Part shown: one piece after another, positions 13,080-25,183 of the stretch | Layout: the number at the start of each line of letters is the position of its first letter | Position numbering within the stretch: position 1 is the stretch's first letter | Assembly: GCA_004431415.1 (NCBI GenBank) | Contig: QPMI01000129.1 | Coordinates: 248,001 to 312,000, forward strand | Direction of reading: 5' to 3' | Source: Cyanophora paradoxa CCMP329 | Taxonomy: Eukaryota; Plantae; Glaucophyta | Length of the DNA stretch: 64,000 nt | The notes under the pieces: generated by a model | The model's input: only the letters and a program-made list of their open reading frames with translations | Database searches by the model: none | What the model was told of the DNA's origin: nothing | Translations under genes and position numbers: made by a program

Positions 13080-14064
13080 TCAGAAGAAGTGCTGGGGGCG
13101 ACCCATGGGCGGGCCCTTCTTCATCGGGGGGGCGCTGCGCGGCGGCGGCCGGTTCTTCTTCTTCTTGGGCCTGTCGTCGTCATCGTCATCGTCCGAGAAA
13201 TCGTCATCTCCGGCTGCTTCACGGGGGAGAGGGCAAGCGCGCCCCACAACGTCAGGGCCAGCGCATGCGGGGCGAGCTCAAAGGCTACGACACGCACTGA
13301 AATCGCGATCCTCGTTCTTGCGGGACCGCCTGCGGCTCTTGGCTGCTCGCGGCGCCCGCGGGGCGACCAGTCAGCTAATGTGGCGGCGAGAAGTTCGAAA
13401 TCGCGCGCGGAACGCACGCGGCTCGTCATCCTCCTCCTCCTCCTCCTCCTCTTCCTCCTCCTCCTCCTCCTCGGGCTGTCGGGTGCAATATCTTCGTGAG
13501 CAGGCCGCGACACTCAAACGGCGTGAAAACACGAACCAGCGGCCCAACAAGGTATGTGTCCTCAATCTGACGAGCACCAGCAGCACAGCTCTGCCTCACG
13601 TAGTCGGCGTTGACGAACTTCACACTGCGGCCACCGATGGTCGGCGGGAGGCGCGCATGCGCCGCGCGGAAACTGAACCTGGGCCTCGTGTCGACTTGTG
13701 CTGGTGTAATATCCTCAGGAACGCACACATAGTGGGTCACCTGCGGCCCGACACGGTCATCTCGGATTCAAACGCGATCCTCGGGAAATTCGATCGGGAG
13801 CCCCGGCCGGCCATGATTTCGCACCTTCTTGTTGAATGTCTTCTCCAAAGCACCCGAATGCAGCGCAATCAGCTTGCTGAGCTCGTCCTTGAACTGCTTG
13901 GCAACGGTCCTCGAGAGCGCGAAATGGAGGCCCTTTAGCGTGTCGGAAATCGGCTGGATTGGTGGAGGCGGCGGCGGAGGAGGTGCCACGGGCGCTGGAG
14001 GCAGCACGGGCGGCGGGATGACCGCGCCAGGAGCCGGCGGAGCGGGCGGGGGAGGGGCCGACAT
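13080..14064 (-). CDS. Small Pro-rich/BRCT/acidic protein, paralogous to the N-terminus of the neighbouring PARP
   Basis: LKGLHFAL...KDELSKLIALHSGALEKTFNKK|VTHYVCVPEDI...VKFVNADYV (BRCT), then a poly-E tract and a KKKK stretch. Confidence 0.7.
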
Positions 14065-14323
14065 TTTGCCGGGTACACTGATGCGTGGGGGGGATCAAGC
14101 GGGGCCTTCAATTTTCGGCCGCTAGCTAGCGCTCAAGCACGTTGGCGAGGCGCCGGCCTGCCGACGCGCGTGCTCGTGGGCTCGAACTCCAGATGCCGCT
14201 CGCGCATTGCGCACTGCCGCAATTCGTTGCGCACGCTCAGCTATTTAGCGCTTGCGCATGCTATATGCTAGCGCTGGCAGGCCTGTCTGCGTGCCCGCTC
14301 TAGATCTGGATCGATATCCAGTA

Positions 14324-15293
14324 CTAGTAGATCTTGGCATGCGCACCGACTAGCGCTTGGCCTGCGTGCCCTCCTGCGCGCCTCCTGTGGTCTTCATCCC
14401 GGCGAAGCAGATTCGTATTGAAGGCTGCATAAGTAAATCTCCTGTTGAAACTGCGGCTAAGCTGCCCTACCCTGCCTGCTCTACACTGTCTGCCCCGACC
14501 TGCTTACGTGTTTGCGAACCATCGCGCGAATGTCCACGTTGCCGGGCAGTCGGGAAAGGGCACGCCCGGCTCTATTTGGGAGATGGCGTCGAAAGGGTTG
14601 GAGCAGAGCTGCGTGGTGCTCCGGCCGCGGATGCCGTAGTACGCCGCGCAAGTGTGAGTGGAGTAACTGGCATTCACGTGAGGGGCCGCGGCAGCGTGAG
14701 AAGCGGTGGCAGGCGCCTGGCGCACGCGAACGTGACAGTGGATGCCGTCGGGACGATAGCGAGACCGCGCCTGCGATAAGCTTGCCTTCAGGAGCGGAAA
14801 GCGCTGCAAGAAAGCATGGAGCACTTTGTCCACTTGATGGATGCGCCCGACACGGGCGCGATCTGCGAGAAGATGCTCGTGGGCAGAGGCCGCTCCACCT
14901 GGTCGGTCGCGTTCCTGCGCCGCCGGTCGGCTGGGCCCGACCGATGGCTTTTGTTCGCATGCGCACCGTCCTGCGTAGTCCCAGAGCGGGTAGCAGACCC
15001 CGGGCTTGCATCTCCTTAGCGTGACCGTGCAGTTCGTCTCTGCGGTTGAACTTCAGCAGCGCGTAGCTGGCGGAAGCGCCAAGCTCACCGCCGAATCTCA
15101 GCTTCAGAGCATTCTTGAAGCCCGTTCCAGCAGAGCTGATGAGCTGGCAGGCGCGCACGGCGGGTTCAGACGAGTCGTTGTCGTCGGTCCCCCGGAGCGA
15201 GCAAGGATGGGTGGCGTAGCGGGAGGCAAAGAACTGTGCTCCGAGCGCTCCAGAAACCGCCGCCAGCAACAGCAGCGCCGCCAGGGCCCGCAT
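14324..15293 (-). CDS. Putative secreted Cys-containing hypothetical protein
   Basis: Signal peptide MRALAALLLLAAVSGALG. Exon structure and 3' end uncertain. Confidence 0.45.
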
Positions 15294-15573
15294 TTTTTCG
15301 AAAGCGGTCTTGTCTGGGTACGCGTATTTAGCGCCACGACTTGTAGATAGCCTCGCGGCCAGCCTTCAGGCTTCAGCTAGCCAGGCTTCGCTGCTCTGCA
15401 AGCGCAGCGCGGGCGCTCCATCGTACACCAGCCGTTACCGGTTGTGAAGCGGATTGCGGAGGATGACAGCTCTCCACGCTTCAGCGCTTCAGCGCTTCTA
15501 GTCCGAGCGTTTCAGCGACGAGGAAGAGGCGCCAGCGCCCGCGCCGCCCGGCGCCCCGCCGCGGCGCGAAGCG

Positions 15574-18500
15574 ATGGAGAGCAGGGGGTCCTATCGGAGG
15601 TGCGCCACCGTGCTAGGCTTGCCGCGCGTTGCGGTTCGCACTCACAAGCGTTCCTGCAGCTTGTTCGTCAGGTACGCGTCTTTTGCGGGAACGGAGCACA
15701 ACCGATGGTCCTTGTCCTTCAAGGTTCCCTTGCGGGCGTCTCGCAGCGCCCCGGCAAGCTCACGGCGCTCCCCGGTCGCAGGATCGTCGTCTGGAGCGGC
15801 GGTACCGCGCCTATGTCTGCGCTCAGGTGTGCTGCGCGCCGACCCGCCGGCGCCGGCCCCCGCGTGCTGCGGCCGCGTCCGACGCCGCCGGCCGGCCCCC
15901 GCAGCGGCTGCCCCTCCAGATGGCGATGTGCATGCGCTCTGCGCTGCCCCCTGCGGGGGAGGGAGGAAGCTAGATCTGACGCGGGGCGCCGGGGCCGCCA
16001 GGACCTGGGCGGCCGCCCTCGCCCTTTTTCTCATGGCTTGCGCCGGCTACTTCGATACGGCCGCCTACACGCGCCTTCCCAGGCCATCGGCGGACTTTGT
16101 GGCTCCGGTCCCGACCGCCCCCCCCCCCCCCCCCCACCCCCCCCCTTCCGCAGCGGCGTAACCTCCTTCCGCAGCGCTCTGCGTGGCAATGGTGATCTAC
16201 CGGTACCCCTGGGTGCCCTGCACGGCGGGGATACGGCGCTTCGTGGACCGGCGGCTGGGGGTGCACATCTACTTCCCCCTCACGGTGCTGGCCCTGTTCG
16301 CGGAGCAGGCCGCCTTCTTCCAGGCCATGGGCTGCACCGTCCGCACCCCCCGCCCCGCCCCGCGTACCCCCCTAGCTCCGCCCCGGCCCGAGGCGGGCAG
16401 CTGACTCTCGCGCGCAGAGCCGGGGGCCCCCGCTCGCGACGATGCTGCTGGTTTGGGGGATGGCGGTGGGCCCTGTACCCCCCTGCCCCCCCCCCCCCCT
16501 GCCTCCTCTTAGACCCCTCTCCGCAGGTGGCCGGCTCCGCCACGTTCATTCAGGTACCCCGCATGCCCTTGCGCGCGCCTTCGCGGGCGGAACCGGACCT
16601 CCCATGAGGGCTCCCAAAAGAGAGACTAGCGAGAGAGGAAGGAGCAGAGGGACGGGGAGAGCTTCGGTTGCCGCCAGCTGACGGCCGGGCGGGGCGGGGG
16701 CAGCACTTCTTCTTTCTGCTGGCGCTGCTGGCGATGTTCCTCGCGGGGACCCTCCCCTGCGCCGCCACCGCCGACGGCGACCCCCTCGAGGCCGCCCGCC
16801 CCGCGGCGACGCTGCTGGGGACGATCCTCGTGTCGACGTACACAAACTTCCGCCGCGAGGTCGAGTCCCGCTTCACGTGCGCCCCGCCCCCGCCCCGCCC
16901 CCGCCCGCTCTCAGCTCACAGCAATGACCCGGATCTCGATGCCGCCCCGTTGATCTTCCTTCGCTGCAGGTTCCTGGTGGGGGAGCGCTTCGCGCGGCCG
17001 CTGCGGCCCGTCCTCTCGCGCCGCGCTATCCTCAGCGAGCGCCGCCCCGAGGCGGCCGCCGAGGAGGAGGCCAGCGGCGCCGAGGAGGAGGAGGAGGAGC
17101 GCCGTGCCGGCCCGGCCGACGGGGACACGCCGGAGCCTGCGGAGTCGGTCGCCGGCGGCAGCGCCCGCGGGGGCGCCGGGGCCGGCGGGTCGCGGCTGGA
17201 GCCGCTGAAGGCCGCGCAGCCTCAGGCGCAGTCGCTGGCGGTGCGGGCGGCGCTGGCGCGGCTGGCGGCGCCCGTGAGCCTCGCCCCGCCGCCACCGTCA
17301 TCGTGCCGGCGCTCCCGCCCCGCCTCGCCGCCGCCCTCGCCGGCAGCGCCCCCGGGGAGGCCCCCGAGGAGGACGCCGAGGCGGCGTGCTTCGCCGACGC
17401 CCTCGCCGCCCGCGCCGGCATCGCCCGCCGCTTCTCCGTCGGCGGCGACTCCGCCGGCTCGGGGTGCGGGCCCCGCGGAGCGCGTGGGGGGCGGGTCGAG
17501 CCGGCGCGGGAGCCGGGAGCAGGGGCGGGCGCAGGCGGCCCCCGCGTCGTTCGTGAGCGACGGGGAGCTGGGGCCGTCGGCCTCGGAGGCCGGCGGCGCG
17601 CCCCGCTCCGTGGAGAGCGGGCTGGGCGGGGGCGAGGCCCCGAGAAGGGCGTCGCCTGGGAGGAGGCCCCCTCCCCAGCCGCCGCCCCGCCCGCTCCGCC
17701 GCCGCCGCCGCCGCCGCCGCCCTCCGCCTCGCTGCCGCCGGGGGCGCCCCGCTGAACGCCCCGGGGAGGCCGCCGCCGACCGCTCGGCGCGCCTCTCGCA
17801 GCGCTCCGCGGGGGCCGCCTCCTCCTCGGCGGCGACGAGCGTGGCGGTGGAGGCGGGGCGGCGCGCGGGGGCGGCGCGCGCGGCGGCGCTGGAGGAGACG
17901 GAGGCGGCGTGGCAGCTGCGGCGCGCCTCGCTCGCCTTCCGCGGGCGCCTCGTCGAGTCGATCTTCCGCGAGTGGTACCGCCTGCGCAACTTCGAGCGGG
18001 CGCGGCGCCTGGCGCTGGCCGGCACGCTCATCTACGCCGCCGCCGTCCTCGTCGTCGTCTTCGCGCCCTGGGGCGACGACGCCGTCGACCGGGCCGCCCG
18101 CCGCGCCGCTGGGCTCCCGAGGCCCCGCCCCGCCCCGCCGAGCGCGCAGGCGGGGGCGCTCCTCGCCGTGCAGCTGGGCGGCGGCGCGGGGGCGATGGCC
18201 CTCCTCGTCGCCGCCGCGTACGCCGCCCCGCGCTTCGTCGAGCGCGCCTACGAGTGGGCCGTCGCCGCCGGCCTCCTCGCCGCCGCCCTCCCCTGCCTCC
18301 TCGCCCTCCACCGGTGCCCGCACTACGGCGTGTGGGCGACCTACACGGGCATCGTCGTGAACGCCCTCCTCGCCTCGGTCACCTTTCGCCTCCGCTTCGT
18401 CGTCGTCGCGGCCCTCGTGGCGGCCCTCGCGGGGGCCTCCGGGGCGGTGCTGGTGGCGCTGGGGGCTGGCGCGACGGGCCCCGTCCTCTACGCCGAGTTC

Positions 18501-18606
18501 GTCTTCGGGGCCGCCGTCCTCGCCTGCACCGCCGCCCGCGCCCTCGAGCGCGAGTCCCGCCTCCAGTTCAAGATGGCGCGCCCCCCCCGCCCCCGCCCTC
18601 CCCCTC

Positions 18607-18637
<31 letters not shown>

Positions 18638-18901
18638 GCCTCGCGTGCTGATCGGGGTCGCCGGCAGCTGATGGGGAAGGAGCGGGGCAAGATCCACGCC
18701 CTCGAGCTCGAGTCCCGCCACGCCTCCTTCAGGACCAGCACCCGCGCCCTCCGCCCCGGCCCCGGCCCCGGCCCCGCCCCCGCTCCGTCCGACCCCGCGC
18801 CGGCGGGGCCGCGGCCCCCGACGCCCCTCGAGGCCACCCCCTGCGCCCCGGGACCGCCCTCCGGCTCCCCGGGCCCGGGCCCCCGCATAGATCTGCTTTA
18901 G
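15574..18901 (+). CDS. Polytopic membrane protein with two TM clusters resembling membrane adenylyl/guanylyl cyclase anchors; no catalytic domain seen
   Basis: Motifs WSLSFK and SLAFRGRLVESIFREWY precede hydrophobic helices that end in RREVESRF and LERESRLQF. Confidence 0.55.
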
Positions 18902-19832
18902 TGTTTCGCGTTTTCCTTCTTTGAATTTGCTTCCTTCTTTCGATTTCTTTGCAATTGTGGTCCGGATCCGTGTACGAGTGCTTCCACTTCCAGGGCCTTT
19001 CCGTCCTCCGCGCGCGCTTGTTCATCATTCGAATATGCACATTAGTCCCGCACACGTAGTCAAGATGTATAGATGCCCTTCTTTGACAATCTAATGTAAC
19101 CGAGCTTAAGATCACGCTGTGTGCCGCAGTACTACTATAGCTAGTGCCACGTGCACGGTGCTCTCGTTTGGTGACTTCGTGCTTTTTCAAACTTGATCAT
19201 GAAAGGCTCAGGCGGCGCAACTTGCGGCAACTCGGTCAAATTTAAATCATGACCGTCGGATTTCGTGCCACGGTGGCACGTGCACGCGTACTACGGTACC
19301 GTACTATAGCTACGGTACCGTAGTACCGTAGTACGGGGCCCCCCGGGGTCCCCCGGTCCCCCCCTGCTGGGCCAAAAGGCCCGGGGGGGCCCGGGGGCCC
19401 CGGGCCGGGGCTCGGGGCAGGACCGCCCGCATGCGCACCATCATGCCATGATGGCATGCACCATGCCTGTCACAATGTCACCCTGGCACATGGTGGCCTG
19501 TCACAGATCCCGGCCGCGGGGTCCAACGTTAACGCATGGTGGTCTAGATCTGTCACAGATCCATCGACCCGCGCCCGACGATCGATTGCAAGAGATATAG
19601 AATCGTGCCACGCCGAGCACCCCAGGCCCCCCCGGGGCCGGTTGATCATGACCAACTTCATTTGAAAAGTCGACGGATTCAAAGGCACATCCTATTGCTA
19701 CACACTGCTCACTGCAGCTGAGGGCGCTAGCGCTGACTGCCTACCCCACCCCACCGACCTGCCCCTAGACCTCGCTCCTACCCTGCGAACACCTGCTGCT
19801 GCGTGCGCGCCTGCCTAGGGCTCCTCGCCGAG

Positions 19833-22800
19833 TCACTGGGCCGGGGCGGGGGCTGCGGCTGCGGGGGCCCCGGCCCCGGCCCCGGGCGCGGGGCGGGCGA
19901 GGTTGAGGAGGCGGCGCTCGGCCCCGAAGACCTCGTCACGGATGGACTCGCGGAGGGCGAGGGCGGCGCGGCGGGCGCGCCCCGCGCACAGGCAGCCGCC
20001 GGCGAGGCCGAGCCCCGCCAGGTGCCCGTACCGCTCCGCCACCAGCAGCACCCGCCCGTCCGCAGCTGCTCGCCCCGAGTCAGGAGGGGCGGGGGCGGGG
20101 GCGGGGGCGGGGCGGGGGGGACCGAGGAGGGGGAGGATGGTGCGGGCGAGGACGAGGGGCAGGGAGAGGGCGAGGGCGAGGGCGGCGACGACGGGGAGGA
20201 TGACCTCGCGGAAGGTGAGCCACGGCCGCAGGTTCGCCAGCCCGTCGTTCATCACCCGCTGCACCCGCGCGGGCGTCAGCGGTCGATCGAATCGAGGCCA
20301 CAGCGATCCGCCCTGGAGGAGACTACACGGCGGACCTGGAAGCGAGCGCGCCAGGGGTTGTCGGGCCCGCCGGCGGCCTCGGCGAGGCAGAGGCGGAGCC
20401 AGACCTTGACGCAGAGCAGCCCGACCGCCCACGTCTGGTACTGGTACAGCAGCGGCGTCTGCGCGACGAGGAGGGGGGCGAGGCGGCTCAGAGGGCGGCT
20501 CCCTGGGGCGGGGGCTCGAGGGGGTGCGGGGCGGGCCTGGTTGAGGGGGACGCGGAGCGGGGTGAAGAGGGTGAGCTCCACGAGGAGGCCGGCGAGGAGC
20601 GGGGCAAGGAGGAGCCAGAGGGCGGCCAGCGAGGCCGCGAGCAGCAGGCGCACGCCCCGCCGGAGGGCCAGCCCCGCCGCGTGCACCAGCGAGCGCTGCC
20701 GCGCGAGGGCCTGGCACGCCGCGTGCAGGCCCCACAGGAAGTAGCCCCCCAGGAAGCCCGTGTACACGTCGTGGCTCAGCGGGATCCCCACCGCCCGCAC
20801 CAGCGCCCGCCCCGCCCCCACTGCGCACCGCATCGCATCGGATGGGACGGGATGCGGGGGGGTGCGGCGGGGGCGGACCGGGGAGGGCGATGAGGGAGCA
20901 GGAGAGGAGGACGAGGGAGGTGACGGCCGCGCAGACGAGCGCGCACGCCGCCAGCCACACCCGCCCCCGCGAGAGCGCCCCGCCCCCGCCCCCGCCGCTC
21001 GCCTCGCCCGCCTCGTTCGCCTCGCCCGCCGCTGGAGCCGGCCCTGCCCCGCCGGCGGGGCCGGGGCGGCCGCCTCGTCGCGCAGGACGAGGGGCGCGAT
21101 GCCGAGGGGCCCCGCCACTGCCCTGCGCCCCCCGACGCTCGAGCCTGGGCTCGCGAGCGCTCCGAGGGGGCGGGGGGCGGGGGCCGGGCACCGGAGCCAG
21201 GCCTTGGTGGCGGCGCGGGCGGCGGCGCGGGGCGAGTAGCGCTCGACGGTGAGCGGGAGGCAGACGTGGAAGAGCAGCATGTCCGCCGGGATCTGGCGCG
21301 CAGCGAGCGCCTCAGCGGTGGGGCACACGGGCGGCGGGCGGGGGGGCGGGACCTCGACGAAGGGTCGGAGAAGGAGAGGGTGAGGGGAAGAGGAAGGGGA
21401 AGGCGGCCCGGCAGAGGCGCGCCGGCGCGTACACCTGGCCCCGCCCGTGAGGCGCGCCCCGCCCGCGCTGCCCGGGCCGGGCGGGGCGGGGCGCACGAAG
21501 GCGCCGGCGAGGGGCGCGTAGAGCAGCGCGCTGCAGAGGACGCGCCGGATGTGCGTCCAGAAGGGCTCCTGGGGGGGTTGGGGAGGGCGGCGCTCAGATC
21601 AGATCAGATCAGATCAAAAGATCATATCGGGTGGGGGCGTACGTAGAGGAGGTCACGGAAGGGGGAGTAGGCGGGGTCGTCGGGGTCCCGCAGGAACGCG
21701 AAGAGCTCCGGCCGCGCCACCTGCCCCCGCCCCGCCCCGTCAGCCGGCCCCGGGGCCCGCGCGGTGGGACCGCCCCGCCCTCGGGCCCTCGCTCGCCTCG
21801 CGGAGGACAGAGAGGGCGCTCCCGAGGTAGAGCCTGCGGCAGCCAGCCCGGCCGGCGTGAGCGGGGCGGGCGGGGCGGGGGGCGGGGCGGGGGGCGGGGG
21901 TCACATGAAGACGACGCCGAGGAACCAGTGGAGGGTGAGGCAGGCGACGGGCGCCGCGCGGAGGAAGGCGAGGCGGGCGGCGGGGGAGCCCTCGACGAGG
22001 CCCCCCTCCAGCGTGCAGAGGTCGATCAGCGCCCCGCACAGCAGCGGGAACGCGAAGAGCTCCAGCAGCGCCAGGAAGATGCCCTTCGTCCTGCCGAAGG
22101 TTCAGAGGGAGCGAGGAGAGGGGTGGCAGGAGGGGGAGCGCGGGGGCAGACAGGAGGAGGGCGGCGCGGGCGGCGTGGGCGATGTGGGCGCGCGGGGAGG
22201 CGTGGCGGGGGCCCCAGAGGGGGGCGGTGAGGGCGACGAGGGCGAGCGAGGCGAGCAGCGCGGCGTAGCCGACGGCCATCGTCCGCACGTTCTCCGCGAT
22301 CGGGCCCAGCGGCAGCGACGCCTCCCACACGCCCCCCTGCAGCTCCGCCGCCGCCGCCGCTGCCGCCGCCGCTGCCGCCGCCTCCTCGGGAGCGGGAATC
22401 TCTCCGCCTGCCCCCGGGGGCGGCGGGGCGGGGCGGAGGAGGGCGAGGGCGGAGCGGGTGAGGCGGCCGAGGTTGAAGGGGGCGAGGGCGAGGGCCGCGA
22501 TGCAGAGCGCGTTCGAGGCGAGGACCGTCGCCGCGTTCTCCAGGATGGGCCAGAGGGGGCCCGTCAGCCCGATGAGCTCCCCGATCGGGGCCTCCTCCGC
22601 GTCCGCCCCGTCCGGCCCCGCCACCGCCGCGGGGTCCGCCACGTCCCCCAGCGGCGGCGCCTGCTGCTGGTCCTCCTGCTCGCCCGCCTGCTCCGGGCCG
22701 CCGCCGCCGGCTGCGTCGCCTTCGGCCTGCTGCTGCTGCTGCGGGGCGTGCTCCCGCAGGTGCTCCCGCATGAAGGAGATGCCGAGAAAGAGCAGGATGA

Positions 22801-23499
22801 TCGTGGCGCTCACGAAGGAGCCCAGCACGCAGTCCGTCGCCACGTCCGCGGCGCCCAGGCGGGCCCGCAGCACGCCCGCCGCGTCCGACAGCGTCCGCGC
22901 GAAGCACGCGCGCAGGCACCACACCGTCGCCAGCGGCACCAGCACGAGCCACACGAAGACGACGAGCGCCAGGCGCCCGACCCGCTGGAGCACGCCGCCG
23001 AGCCGCCGCAGAAGGCCGCCGAGGAGCTTCGCCGGCGGCAGACGCGGCGGCTTCCCGCTGCCGTCCACGTAGACCGACTCGTACCTGACGCGCGCGTCAA
23101 CGCGAGCGGGGCGCAGCCTTTCTCGTTGACAGGCGACGTGTCCGCACCTAATTTCGCTGAAGCAAAGCTCGCAGGTCGACCTGTCGGTCTGGGTCAAGCG
23201 AGCACAGGGCCGCAGAACATACACGCTGCGCCGGCGCACCGCTTCGTACGCGCCAGCCACATCGTTAAACACTTCTCGTGGACGTACTTGATCGACCCAG
23301 TGCAGAGGCACGGGTGATAAAGGGGCCCGTTGTCCTCATCGTTCTCTCCGCCTCTGCAAATCCTGCACACACGCTCCTCCTCCTCCTCTCCGCTGGCGGC
23401 GGCCGGCGGCGGGCTGGCGGATGGCGGCGGGCTTGGCTGAATATCATCGCCCCGGCCGCCCTGCGGATCCACGGCTGGCAGTGCCTCCCCCTCTGCCAT
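19833..23499 (-). CDS. MARCHF6: MARCH6/Doa10-like RING-CH ERAD E3 ubiquitin ligase
   Basis: RING-CH CRICRG...PLYHPCLCTGSIKYVHEKCLTMWL...CELC. Many TM segments. HWFLG, IPADMLLFH, C-terminal ESIRDEVFGAERRLLN. Confidence 0.92.
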
Positions 23500-23630
23500 C
23501 GCGTGCCGGCGCCTGAAGCCTGGCCAGCTGCTGGACGGCGACGGAGACGCGCTTGCGTGGTCTTGTACCCCTTCTCCGCATCGGCGCCGGCGAGCATTTC
23601 TCCGCATTCCCGCGACGTATATACGAATCG

Positions 23631-25056
23631 ATGTCCGAGGAAGAGTTAGAGTACGGTGCGAACCCGTCCTCGCGCCCCGCACTCGCAGCGCCGACCGTCG
23701 CGCAGAACTTGTTTACTGGCCGAGCATCATCGGTCGCGGGTGCGCTCTCTTGAGCATGAAGGCGTTCACCGAGCCCTTTAGACGCACGGGACTACGGCGC
23801 CGGCGCCGTATTGACGAGCGTGCGCAGCGAGTTTGTTCGGCTGCTTTTCGAGTCGGCCGGCGTTCCGTACAAGGACACGCGTTCAGCTGAGGCCTGCATG
23901 GCCATCATCAAGGCGCGTACGCTGGGTTTGCCATCGCGCGCGCGCGGCCTGCAGTTGAGCCCGGCCGCGGTCGCAGGGCGAGAGCACAGAGCACTTTCCC
24001 GCCTTCGCGCCGCCGGTGCTGCGCAAGGTGCGCGACCCGAGCTTCATCCTGTGGCAGACCCCTGCCATCCTGGAGTACCTGGTCCGCCCCCTCGAGCCGC
24101 TGCCGCGCCCCGGCCCAGGCCGGCCTGTAGCTGCATGCGCAGCTGCAGCTGTGCGCGCCTGTTCGGACGGGACCAACCGGTGGCGGCACGTGCAGGGGAA
24201 GCAGTTCGGGATGTACCCGGGGCCGGATGAGGAGGCGCGGGCGCAGGCGTTGAACCTGACCATCGCCGACCTCTTCGTCGAGGGCCGCGCCTGCTTCCAC
24301 ATGCAGGCCCGCCACCTCCCAGAGCCTCATGGTGCTCCGAGCTCTGTACCCTCTTATCCGATGCACGCGACAGGAGCCGCTGGGGAGCTACTACAAGCAG
24401 GTGGAGTACACGACGCCCTTCGTGCGGGCCTTCGAGGCGACCCGCCTGCCCCGCTTCTTCGCATACTTCGAGGCGCGCCCGCACCGTACCCGGGCCCCGC
24501 CCCTCCACCCCGAGGCGCGGACCTCTGACGCCGGCGCCGCGGCGCCGCCTCCCCTGCAGCGAGCCCTGGCGGCGAACAGGGGAGGCTCAGGGTACCTCGT
24601 TGGCGACAAGGCGAGCCGCCGCCCCTAGGCCTGCGCCGGCGCTCCGACGCGTCCGGGCCGCGCGGGCCGGGGCGTGAAGGCGGCGGGGGCGCAGCTGACG
24701 TACGTGGACGTGGCGCTGCTGCACGGGCTCATGGCCGCCGAGTCCCAGTTCCCCGAGGCCTTCGCCGTCCGCCCCGCCCCGCCCCGCCCCTCCGAGGCCT
24801 CGCCCCGAGCTCGCCCCGCTGACTCCGTCAGGCTCGGCGGGGGGCAGAAGCTGGAGATCCCGCTGCTGCGGGCGTACGGGGCGCGCCTGCGCGCCCTCCC
24901 GCGGATAGCAGCGTACCTCGCCTCCGACCGGTCCGACACGCCGCCCACACGCCCCGCCCCGCCCCGCCCCGCCCGGCCGCCCAGGGCCCTCGACTTCCCG
25001 CCCACGGGCCGCGGCCGCGCAGGAGGGGGAGCTTCGAGGGCAATTCCATGATGTGA
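23631..25056 (+). CDS. Glutathione S-transferase
   Basis: YELVYWPSIIG|RSEFVRLLFE, FAPPVL, LWQTPAILEYL, GYLVGDK|LTYVD, LPRIAAYLASDR. About 9 short introns. Confidence 0.88.
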
Positions 25057-25183
25057 GCTCCCTGTCTGTCAGCTGCGAATACAATAAGAGATCGGTGCCA
25101 CTAAGCTCTATAGTACAAGTTCCGGACTGTGCATCTGGCGGGAAGGTGGGGGCGGGCCGGGGGGAGGGGGGGCGGGGGCGGGG

